Part shown: positions 1-11,847 of the stretch, piece after piece
Layout: the number at the start of each line of letters is the position of its first letter
How positions within the stretch are numbered: position 1 is the first letter of the stretch
From: Chrysomallon squamiferum
Lineage: Eukaryota > Animalia > Mollusca
Reading direction: 5' to 3'
Assembly: GCA_012295275.1 (NCBI GenBank)
Contig: CM022666.1
Coordinates: 2,914,001 to 2,978,000, forward strand
Length of the DNA: 64,000 nucleotides
The notes under the pieces: model-generated
What the model saw: the letters and a program-made list of their open reading frames with translations, nothing else
The model's database searches: none
Told to the model about the DNA's origin: nothing
Position numbers and translations under genes: made by a program

Positions 1-349
1 AAAAAAAATTAAAACCATTTTTTTTTTTTTTTCAAAAAACGAAACTAAAGATTAGAAATATAACGTCAAGAACACTTTTCACTTTATTACGCATGAGCTG
101 CCCTTTTTTTATGCATGAGATACAGAAGTTAGACACAGACATGTATTTAGAACTGAATGTATTTAATGTGGCATACACGTCATAATCCACTTGCATGAGA
201 GTGGAAATCCCTGGGATTGAGATACACAGTTTTGCTTATCGTTCGTGGAAGTTGCTTACAAAAACTAATGACTTCTTTGTCCGAATGTGGCGGTAGGTTT
301 GATCGGAATCGTTCAACCGTGACCAACAGCCAGTTTCTGTGACAAACGA

Positions 350-745
350 GGTAGAATATGGAAATGCTGTAAACAGTTTATAAAAATGTTTATAAAAAAA
401 AAAAAAAAAAAAAATTTTAAAAATAAAAAAAAAAAAGAAATGAATAGAAAAAGAAGTTGTTGTTGTAGTTGTTGTTGTTGTTGGATGTTATCAGTAGAGT
501 TACCATCATTGGGGTTTGAACCGGTTACCTGTTATTTGTCATATTCTAAAGAAGTAATATGGAAATACTGAAAACAGTTTAAAAATTGTAAAAAAAAAAA
601 AAAAAAAAAAAAAAATTAAAATAATAATAATAATAATAATAAATAAAAATAAAAATGATCTTGCTATTTGTCATTATCAAATGACATATCACTGTGGTTT
701 TGAACCTGTAATCCTTCATTCTTCATATACTAAAGACAGGGAATA
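350..745. repeat. Old tandem duplication of about 190-200 bp, each copy with a minus-strand B-box-like ggtttgaacc
   Basis: aatatggaaatgctgtaaacagtttataaaaatgt (356) vs aatatggaaatactgaaaacagtttaaaaattgt (556); ggtttgaaccggttacc...catattctaaaga vs ggttttgaacctgtaatcc...catatactaaaga. Confidence 0.55.
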
Positions 746-1412
746 AAAGTGATGGTTAAATGATAAACTGTTGCTTAAAGGAGTCACTGAAAGAGAAGAT
801 AATGTCTGTTTTGGATATATCAGTTGAGAAATTGAAATATACCCATAACAAATATGCTTGGACCCTCTCTGAACTAAGTTTGTGTGAAATTGTTAGTCAA
901 CAGATAGGTTAACTAGTAATTTTCATGAATTTATCCTCTGTTTATTCAGAAGAAAGGACATAATAGTTAGGCCAATTCATACAGTCAAACCTGTGTTTTA
1001 CAGTCACCATCAAAATAAACCCTGTGTCAATCAAATAACAAACAAAAGAATTTTTGTACATATATCGGAAATTATTTTAAAAACTAATATTTAAATAAAT
1101 ATTTTATTAAATTCATGAATTTTATAAAATTCACATATTAGTTTATAAAAAAAAAAATAAAAATAAAATAAAATAAAATTTAAAAAAAAACGAGGTAAAA
1201 AAAAAAAAGTCTTATATACCACGGTCGAGATTTGAACCCCCTACCTAACCACTCTTCACCACCATCAGCCTACTTTTAAGTATCAAAACAAACAACACTT
1301 TCGCCTGGAACAGATATGTCACAATTACTAATCTTGAAGACAGAAAATTTATCAAAAGATTTACGGGGCATCCAGCCAAGACAGAAAAATATTTTGAATG
1401 TTTTTCCCCCAG

Positions 1413-1514
1413 CTGGTGTGTTGGTCAATATCCTGCATCGACCTCTGACCTCGGATGACTTGTTGGGCTTTGTGCTGGTCACAGATGGCGAGAGAATCAA
1501 TCGGATAAAACCCA
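1413..1514 (+). other. Candidate 102-nt frame-preserving exon (phase 1-1), xGVLVNILHRPLTSDDLLGFVLVTDGERINRIKP
   Basis: tgtttttcccccag acceptor and gtgagt donor; one of three frames is open; peptide not recognised. Confidence 0.3.
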
Positions 1515-2282
1515 GTGAGTTTGTAAGAAAACGATTGTTTCGGGGTGGCCACACCTTGCCATGTAATTTGCTGTTTATATTCACGGCATAACTTCACCCA
1601 CTCGAACTGAACACAGATTGTGCTATTAGTGGCAATAAATGTCAAAAGCTGTCAGCTGTCCTGATGTCGTTTTGTGATGTATCACCATATTTTTAACCCT
1701 TTTTGCTGGCTTAGTTAGATATGCTGCTGCTGCTGTTGCTGTTGCTGACCAAATACTGACTTCTGTTTAATCTTCGGCGTTGTGGATTACGGATTTGCAG
1801 TGTAGAATTCATTTTACGATTTGCATAAAATGAATTTCAATGGGGGCTTTCTGCTATTGAGAAACACTCATTTATAGAGGTAACAAGGTGTGAATTATGT
1901 TTCGAGTTGCAAGTTAAACAACCACACTCGAAAAGCTTAGTACCAGCATACTGGGGTATTAGATCAATTTGTTCATTCGTTAAATTCAAATAACACTAGA
2001 AAAGAAAAAAAGAAGAAAGAACCCAATAGATAGTCTAGTCCAGAAATATGTCCAAAGATATTTAAAAACATTCAGAGAGAGAAATACACACAATCTTTCT
2101 TTCTTTCTCTCTCTATCTATGTCACTCACTCTCTTTTTTGTCTCTCTGTCTTCTTCAGTCTACAATTCATTCACTTTCTTTCTCTCACACTCACACAAAC
2201 ACAGTCAGCTGTGGTCATGTTTAAGGAAAACACCCAATACAATTGGTATGATATGCAAATAAAATGCTATATATCTGTGTAT

Positions 2283-2338
<56 letters not shown>

Positions 2339-2657
2339 TATAAAAGATGGCTGCAAAAAAGCAGCTGTAACTTCATACACAGAATTCCTGTTTACAAGTC
2401 TCAACCAGTTAGCAGTGCAAATAAAACTTTCTGCCATCTCCTAATAAGGCAATGCATAAAATTATTAATTAACCTGCAGAGTAAGGTTTTTTTGTCCCAA
2501 AAAACACAGGTCTGAAAGGGTTACGATATCCAGTAATGAATTGTTCAGCTGTAACATGCAGAGAATAGAACTTGATGCAACAGAATCAGCTCTACAGTAA
2601 CACAAACCAAAATTCTTGCAGTATTATCCTTATACTTAGCACAGTGCTAGGGAAGAT

Positions 2658-2945
2658 ATCCCAACATCCCAGACATTTAGACATCCCAGACACCCAGACA
2701 TTTTGACATTCCAGACACCTCAGACATTCCAGACACCTCAGACACCCCAGACATCCTCAAATTCCAGACACCCCATACATAAAGACAACCCAGATAACCC
2801 ACATAAATCGACATCCCAGACTAAACAAATGGTGAGACATGTAAGGACATGGCTCTTACATAATAACATCCAGACATCCCAGACACCCCAGATATCCAGA
2901 CATCCCAGTCTAACTCTTACACAACATCCACAACATCCAGTCAGT
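2658..2945 (+). repeat. Minisatellite with a unit of about 9 bp (acatcccag/acacctcag)
   Basis: Directly visible repeats; the source of the QTP-rich ORF 2703-2969. Confidence 0.85.
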
Positions 2946-3029
2946 TATCCAAAAGGACAGAAATTTTAGAAAGAAAAATCTGTCAGCTTGTGTAAGGATG
3001 ATTTTTGACAAATACTAGTATTGTTGCCT

Positions 3030-3520
3030 GTCTATGTATTCTGATCAGCCAGTGTTAATAAACAAAATCTGTCATCAGTGCTCATTTGTGTGACACAATG
3101 TGTCTCTACTTGACTGATGCCATCATAAAAGCTGCATTCAGATTCACTTGTTTGACGTGTCTACTTGGCTGATTGTTACTAAACAAATTGTATTTAGGAA
3201 TCTGTCTATACTATACACTGTGAGTCAACTTCACTGATGTCACTGAACATAAATTGTATTTATGCATTTGTACAATACAATGTAAACTGCTGGCTGACGT
3301 CATCATGCAAGCTGCATTTAGATTCATTTCTTCAGTATGTGTCAAATAAAGAAACTGTATTAAAATGTTCTTTATTACAATGCAGTGCATGTCTATTCAA
3401 CTGTTGATCCACAACTCTATTTGAGATTTTATTTTTACAATATAGTCTCTGTTTGCCTAATGTCACTATATGAACTGTAGGTAAGAATGTACTTGCACAG
3501 TATAATGTGTGTCACTATAC
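3030..3520 (+). repeat. Degenerate tandem repeat of about 60 bp
   Basis: Recurring tgtctactt(g/c)(a/g)ctgatg...tg(c/t)attta; ctgatgccatcataaaagctgcattcagattca (3114) vs ctgacgtcatcatgcaagctgcatttagattca (3294). Confidence 0.65.
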
Positions 3521-3782
3521 AATCTATCTGGAAAAAAAAAGAGGAGAAATATAGTTCAAAAGAAAACAAAATTAAGGAAGAAGAAAGAACAGAAGGTCTG
3601 AATACTGGTTCTAACAAAAAGATATTTTAAAAAGAGAAAATGTCAAGAGAAAAATGGCTAGAAAAAAAACAGCCAGAAGAAGAAGAAGAAGCAGAAGAAA
3701 TATAATTAATAAAAAAAAGTAATAATTAAAAAAAAAAAAAATGAACATCCAACCTCCCCACCCAAAAAAGAAAGAAAGAAAG

Positions 3783-3838
<56 letters not shown>

Positions 3839-4465
3839 AATGAAAACCCCAAAAGATTAAAAAAAAAAAAAAAAAAAAAAAAATGAGAAGGAAAATGACA
3901 AAGAATACAAATACGGAGGTTAAAAACATAGAGTGAAACTCAATCAGACTATTTGGTAGAGGCGAGAAAAAAAAAAAAACTTTGAGAAGAAGATAAAGAA
4001 GAAAAAAACTCGAATCACCAGATGCAGTGTCTCATTTTAAATTTAAATGCATGAGTCACAAATTGAAGTGAAGTGTAAAAATGCCTGAAACTTTATCCTA
4101 ACAAAGCTTTCAATGGCCCATTCAGCGTTTTAAACATCGTTTCAAACAATAGTAGAAAAATCCCCATTTATATAAACATATAAAAAAAAAAAAAAAAACA
4201 CTAATAAAAAAGACTACATATATATGTAAAACAGGCACCCATGGAGAGCTGCATATATTACAAACGCAGGGTACAGAGGTGAAATTACTCGTGAAATAAA
4301 AATGTCTTAAAAGTGGGTGACAGAGAGAAAGAAGGATTAAAAAAAAAAAAAAAATTCATTATGGGTAAAAGATAACTCTGAGGTCTTTTACATTTTCTTA
4401 AAATTTTGTTAGTATTTCTTTCTGGTTCTAACCATTTCCTGTGCAACCGAAATATTAAATAACTG

Positions 4466-4503
<38 letters not shown>

Positions 4504-5364
4504 TTGTTAAAAATACAACAAAAAAACACCCTACATGTTCATTGCCAAATACCCCCAGAAATAACCTAATTGAAAATATATCAAAACAGATAAATATCCA
4601 CAAAAAAAAAATCAAAATAATAAAATATATATTAATTAAACTATGTCAGCATGCACACAACAATTTATAAAAAATAATAAAGATAGAGAAAATGAGAGAG
4701 AGAGATAGAGAGATACATAAACAAACATACACAGAAAGGAAAATTGTAAAAAAAATATATACAGCAAAACTGGTAAAAAAGAATAACTTTCCTTGAAAAA
4801 ATGCCAATAAATTATTCTCTGATACAAATGTATGAATATCATACATTTAAAATTTATTTTTATTTATGATTTAATATTTATTCTGTGAGTAGTGGAATAG
4901 CAACTGATAACTTACTTTACGAAATATTGCACAAAATAAGGACAGATACATGCAAAACCTTTTCTTTTTATTATTTGTGAAATCTTATTATTTTTTAAAA
5001 CACAAAAACCACTTTGGTCACCTTGACCCAAAGGTATTTTTAGAAACATTTTTAGCATTCATAGTCAGAAAGAAAAACAAAAGCCAACCCCCTCACAAAT
5101 CAAACAAACAAAAAAAAACCATACACACAAAAACAGAAGAAACTTTTTTATATATATTATTTTTTACTATTATTTTTATTTTTTGAGTTTTGGTTGAAGT
5201 GAGATGCTGATTGGGAAAATTGAAAAACAGAAACAACAAAGGCAAATGGCAGAATTTTTCTTTTTTCTTTTTTGTGAACATACACAAACATGCACAGAGA
5301 CACACACACATTCAAATCTAGAATTCACAAACAACAGAATCACAATGAAAGAGGAGTAAGATAA

Positions 5365-5775
<411 letters not shown>

Positions 5776-6399
5776 TTCTTCACTCAAAGACAACAAAAGT
5801 AATGGTATACAAATGTGTATTGCATCCAAGACTCCTGAATCCTTGTGTATTGAAATGTCTAAATTCCTGGTCACATGAAACAAATAAAAGCACACACACA
5901 CACACAAAAAAAAAAAAATAATAAAAGGAAAAAAGAAAAAAAGAAGAGATTAACATAAATGTACACTTCTGTTATTCAAGCACATGCAGTCAAGGAAATG
6001 CATTTCAGGAATGTGACAATTAATGCTCTACGCACAGACAATACAAAAGTCCTCCCCAAAAAGATCAGTGTAATTGAATCTTTATATTAAATGTCCATGA
6101 CAGGCATGTCTGAATCTCGCAGTAACAGACAAATTGTAACATTAAATAACATGTCAAGAACAGTTAGGCTGGTGGGTATTACAAATGGCCTGCTTGCTGA
6201 ACTGCTCAATGGAAATAAGTGTGACCACTGCAGTGAAGTTAATAAACTCGTACAAAGCTGCCTGGGGCAAAAAAATAGCTGTGAATGAATAAGTGCTGGT
6301 TTGTAGATGTCTTTTTATAATTATTTTGTGTTCTCTCTCTCTCTGTCTCTCTCTCTCTTTTTCTTTCTCTGTCTCTCCTTCTATCCTTTCTTTTTCTCC

Positions 6400-6494
<95 letters not shown>

Positions 6495-7235
6495 ACTCTA
6501 ACTCTATGCATATATCTCTCGTATAAAAACTCAAACCAGTTTATAACAGGCTATGGGAAACATTGATGAAGAAATGAAAAAATGAATTAAATGAAATAAA
6601 AAAACAAACAAAAATAAAACCAACACCTCATCACTTCAGTAAATTCATCATTATACAACATACACTCTTCTTTTCAACAAAAAACCCTTTACACCTTTTT
6701 CCTTTTTTTTTTCTCTCCAAAAACAAATAAACAAAAAAACCTTGCAAATTCTTAAAAAAAAAAAAAAAAAAAAAAACTTTATCACCACCACACAAAAAAG
6801 GTGCAGAACCAAACTGGTTTCCATTGACCTGCTTTTTCATTCTCAAAGATCTCTGCTACAATCAACCTGGCTAAATGGTTTGTATAAAATAAACAATGCC
6901 CATGTCAGCCATTTTAGTACAAGGTCCAACTCTATCAGCGTAAAAACAAATGACATGTTAACACAAACAAGTTTCCCTTGTCCAACAATATATTTCCATT
7001 TATCTGACACCTCTTGCCGATAACCACCAGGGTTATAAATTGGAAGCTGTGAGAGCAAATGGAAGAGATAACCTTGATAATATCACATTCAGGAGAAAGG
7101 TGTAGCGTGTATGTAGTAGGGTGGTGTTTGATGTGTATTAACCATCCACAGAAAGAAAGGATGGTGGGGAGAGGAAAGATGTGGAGACAGAGAATGAAAG
7201 ATAAATGAATTAAGAAGAGAAGGATCAGGAAGGAT

Positions 7236-7316
<81 letters not shown>

Positions 7317-7568
7317 ATAATTAAGAAAAAATATTAATGACTAGAATAAATGAAGTGAAAGGGAGAAAGAATGAGAGTGAGTGTGAGACAAATAAAGAAA
7401 GAGAAACAGAGAGAGAAGAAAGACAGAACTGGAGAAATAAGTTTGCAAAGATAGGTAAACAGAAATAAATAAAAGAAGTAAAAACAATAGAGAAAGAATG
7501 TAGGTTAAATACTAATTATAAAATAACAAAATGAGAGAAAGGGGGATGCTGTAAAAAGAAAATGAGAG

Positions 7569-7647
<79 letters not shown>

Positions 7648-8005
7648 GGGAGGGAGAAAGAGAGAAAGAGAGACATGGGAGGGGAGAGAGATACGAAAGA
7701 GAGATGAGTGAGACAGAGAGAGATATTGTATATGGAAAAGAATGTAAAATGTGTGTGAGGTGACAGTGGGAGAAAGACACACAGAAAGAAAGACAGACTG
7801 TGTTGCAAACATTTACCAGTTAATGAATACACACAAAGACATTAGCGGCAGTCGCTGTAGATGAATTATTAAACACTGCTCTTTTTCTACTAATGTGGTT
7901 GTGATGTGCTCGTTAACGGAGGTGAAATGCATTATGGAAAGTAAGCGCGTTGTAAAAACAACCATTAGGACGACTGCAAGACTGATGTCGCCATCGTCTC
8001 TCCAG

Positions 8006-8047
8006 ATGCCAGTGACAGACGCATGCACAACAACTCCGCTAAACGAG
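8006..8047 (+). other. Candidate 42-nt cassette exon
   Basis: Branch-like ctgat (7982-7986), tcgtctctccag acceptor, gag|gtaaca donor, centred in a complex island. Confidence 0.25.
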
Positions 8048-8274
8048 GTAACAAATCCCGAGAGAGTTGGTGGCTAAAGCGAATAATTTCATCAACATTA
8101 AGGTTTTAGACTGTTGGGTACCGGGCTCAGCTGCCATTACAAGTCGCTGTAGGGCGTCACTGTTTTAGCGTCAAGAAATGCAATGGTTGATCCATCCAGT
8201 CTTCAAGCACAGACTAACAGTCAGTATGACACAATAGAACAAAACACACTTAAATGTTATATGGACATATATGT

Positions 8275-8760
8275 TGATAGATAGAGAGACAGACAGACAT
8301 ATAGATAGATAGAGATAGATAGATAGACAGATATATATATAGACAGACAGATAGAGAGAAAAAGAGATAGATAGATAGACAGACAGACTGCCAGATATAG
8401 ATAGACGATAGATATATAGACAGATAGACAGACAACTAGATAGAAGGACAGACAGACAAACAGATAGATAGCTAGATGGACATATTAACAGACAGATAGA
8501 TAGATAGTCAGACAGACAGATATAGAGATAGACAATAGATATATAGACAGACAGACAGACAAATAGAGAGATGGAAAGACAGACAAACAGAGAGATAGAT
8601 AGATATATGAACATATAGACAGAGATTGACAAATAGATGATAGATGGTCAGATATAAATAGAAAGATAGATAGGTAGGTTGGTAGACAGATATATAGATA
8701 AATGAAGAGACAGGTATTGACAGACATAGATCAATAGCAGACAATGAGATAGACAATTAG
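8275..8760 (+). repeat. Compound (GATA)n/(GACA)n tetranucleotide microsatellite
   Basis: Directly visible. Confidence 0.95.
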
Positions 8761-9064
8761 CAAAAGAGAAAGAGAAAAAAAAAGAAAGAAAGAAGAGAGA
8801 CGCAAAGATAAATAAACTGTATAATGTATAATAATAAATAGTGTAAAAATTTGTAGTTTAAAAAATACTGACATCAAGATACTAAAAAGGTCTTTAACTA
8901 AAAAGAACTACAAAACATAATGTCCACCCTGAACAATAAACATTACATACAATGAAAATTACATACAAGAATAAAGATTACATACAATACTAACATTGCA
9001 AACAACTAAAATCACATACATTAAAATAAACAAATATCAGAACTTCTAAGTTTTTACCTACAGC

Positions 9065-9185
9065 CTCAATCCCATTCTAACCAGTCACCATACAACTGAT
9101 TATGTATCAAAGACTAAGGTATGTGCTTTCTATGGGAAGGTCCATAAAAACGATCACTTTCTGCTAAGCAAAATTAATAGGAAAA
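9065..9185 (+). mobile_element. SINE core fragment, same superfamily
   Basis: attctaaccagtcaccatacaactg...atcaaagactaaggtatgtgctttctatgggaaggtccataaaaacgatcactttctgctaa is collinear with 5447-5672. Confidence 0.6.
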
Positions 9186-9609
9186 AAAAAAAAAAAAAAG
9201 TAACACAACATGATAATTTCTTTTCTCATCATCTGTACAGCTCTTATTGATATGAATGACAATCAAATATATGCAGGTGCTGTGGGTTTCTTTTCTTGTT
9301 GCTTACAAAATCCTTTTTACAATTTATACAACACTCTTGAAAGTATATTAAAACAGCATTCAGATTTCTTCTTCTTCTTGTTTTTTTTTTTGTTTTTCTT
9401 TTCCTGACGTCTGTAACCTGGGATGACCTGGGTCATAGTAACCAGCTCGGTGTGTTCCTCGTGCTGTACATCAAGTCTTTGAAGCGGCTTCGTAGCTAGG
9501 CACTGATGATAATGTAGTGTGCGTGGTAAATAAGTATGTGTTATCTGAAGGTCTAAAGTGCTTACCTCTCACTAGTTTAACATTTCAACACCACGGGCAG
9601 AGGCAAGCA

Positions 9610-10010
9610 TTAAACAGAGATTTAATGAGGGGGGAATGCAGTATTTATTGGTTAACCCTTTTCATGTTAGGGGAGAAATGTTTTGTAGTTTAATAATTTT
9701 TTTTTTTTTTTTTTTTAAGAAGAAGGGATCTGATGTTGAATAGTAATTTACTGATTAACTCTTTTGAATTAGGGGAGAAATGTTTTGTAGTTTAATATTA
9801 TTTGGTTGTTTTTTAAAAAAGAGATCTGATGTTGAATAGTAATTTACTGATTAACTCTTTTTGATGGTTGTGGGGGAGAGATGTTTTGTAGTTAGTTTGT
9901 TTTGTTTTTTTTGTTTTTTTTTAAAACAGAGATTTAATGAAATGAATGCAGTATTTATTGGTTAACCCCCTTTTTTGAGGTTTGGGGAGAGGTTTGTAAT
10001 TTAACCCTTT
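9610..10010 (+). repeat. Four units of about 100-110 bp in A-B-B-A order
   Basis: Units 1 and 4 share aaacagagatttaatga...gaatgcagtatttattggttaaccc; units 2 and 3 share gatctgatgttgaatagtaatttactgattaactctttt; all four contain ggggaga. Confidence 0.85.
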
Positions 10011-10755
10011 TGGTGTTAATCTTTTATGTGTGTGAGAGAGAGACAGAGAAATATAATACAATTTTAAATACTTGTTAAATTTCCAATAAAAAGCAATAAA
10101 AAAAAGTATTAATAATAAAAAATAATCATGCTTTAAAAACAGTATACTGATAGTATATGAATAAATGAATACATAAACAATAAGTAATAAAAATTATAAC
10201 CATAAATCTCTCAATGTGTAACATATACTGCAACACTTTAATCATTATTTTAAATTCGTTTCATTAAAAATTTATTATAAAACAAACCCAAAACACACAC
10301 ACACACACACACACAAACACACACAAAGCAATTTCGTTGTTTTAAAGGCAACAACACTTTAAAATCGAAACATTTTAATACCCAGGATCTAAATAACAAC
10401 TGAAAACAATTCACTTCTCTGATAATAACGTCCATCATTTAACCTATATTAAAAATAAATGACAATCTATCATATCCTTCTGACATTTTCGATACAAATT
10501 TCATCATTATGTAAGACAGAAATAAACCAGATTAATATCGATTTTTATTACAACAGCTAAATGCGTATAGCACCTGTGCTTTATCAATTTCATATAATCT
10601 ATTTTAGAATTTTTTTTTTTTTTATCACATTATTTTTTTTTTATTTTTTATTAATAAATTATCTAAATTCTTTCTACACCTTTCCAAATGATAAATTTAT
10701 ATTATTATTATTACTTTTTTTTTTTTTTTTTAATTATTATTACTATTATTATTTC

Positions 10756-10792
<37 letters not shown>

Positions 10793-11526
10793 AAGTGTGC
10801 AGGTAACAGAATGAACACAAATTTTTATTTATTAAAGTGTTCAACATAGTTCAAGCAAGAAAGAAAATTCATTACAGTTTTATTTGTTTTCAAAAAGTAC
10901 ATCTGATCATTTCTAACAATCAAAATACATATGATACACTTCCAAACGATTATCTTATTTGTTTCTAGTGTAAATGAAAATATTACACAAATTCCACAAG
11001 ATTCACAATAACTGATTTACCACTAGCTACCAGTCTTTTCTAATAATAAAGTACGAGAATAACAATAATATAAAAAAAATGCAAATAAAATAAAAAATAA
11101 ATACTGTTATTTTCTTCTTCTTCTTCTTTTTGTTTGAATAACAGTGACAGCAATTTTGTTTATGAGTGAACCAAAAACTCACAAACAGCGATGCCAGTTC
11201 ACTGCAGTTTTGCCAACTGTTACTCACATCTACTCACTGAGTTTCAACACCAGTCAGAAAATTACTGACATTGTTGTTTTCGCTATCAGTTCATCAGGAT
11301 TTTTCTTTTTTATGTAGAACCCGACATTTTTAGTACAAAGTAAAATTACACTCTCAATGTTTTTTTTAAATTTTTAAAAATTTTTAAATTGCGTTTTTTA
11401 ATTTTTTTTTTAATTATTTTTAAAATAAGTAATTGTGGTTAGTATAGATCTGACATTCTTTATTATTAGCAAAGGTTGGACTCCACAAAATTAAAACAAC
11501 AACTGTGATTTGTATATATAAAATTA

Positions 11527-11570
11527 GATTATTCTGTCTTTACAAATCAATGGTACATTTTCAGGTAAGT
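11527..11570 (+). other. Candidate recursive splice site (ratchet point) TTTTCAG|GTAAGT at 11564/11565
   Basis: Consensus acceptor fused to a consensus donor; no AG from 11527 to 11562. Confidence 0.35.
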
Positions 11571-11806
11571 TATATTTCATTATTATCAAAGTTTCAGCAT
11601 TAACAAAAATAAACCATCACTCTCTTGTAAGAGTGCCAAATATATTTATTTATTTAACACAACTGGAACATTTTAAAATTTAAATTATTATCTAACTTTA
11701 TTATTAGCAAATATATATTTTTTTAAATGCAATAAAGCAACTACTTGGAAGTGAAAAAAGAAAAGAAGAATAAGAATTTTTAAGTTGTTTGTTCAATATC
11801 ATGACA

Positions 11807-11847
<41 letters not shown>

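Noticed and set aside
183-360. Minus-strand WLLVTVERF resembling a GPCR TM3 (D/E)R(Y/F) motif
   Set aside because: There is no flanking transmembrane pattern, and the frame is short and closed by a stop.
1220-1270. tRNA gene (minus-strand ggttcaaatc B box; similar motifs near 513, 696 and 44325)
   Set aside because: No cloverleaf or A box in register; better explained as decayed SINE heads.
2703-2969. QTP-repeat protein
   Set aside because: It is the product of a 9-bp minisatellite with a non-ATG start and no splice support.
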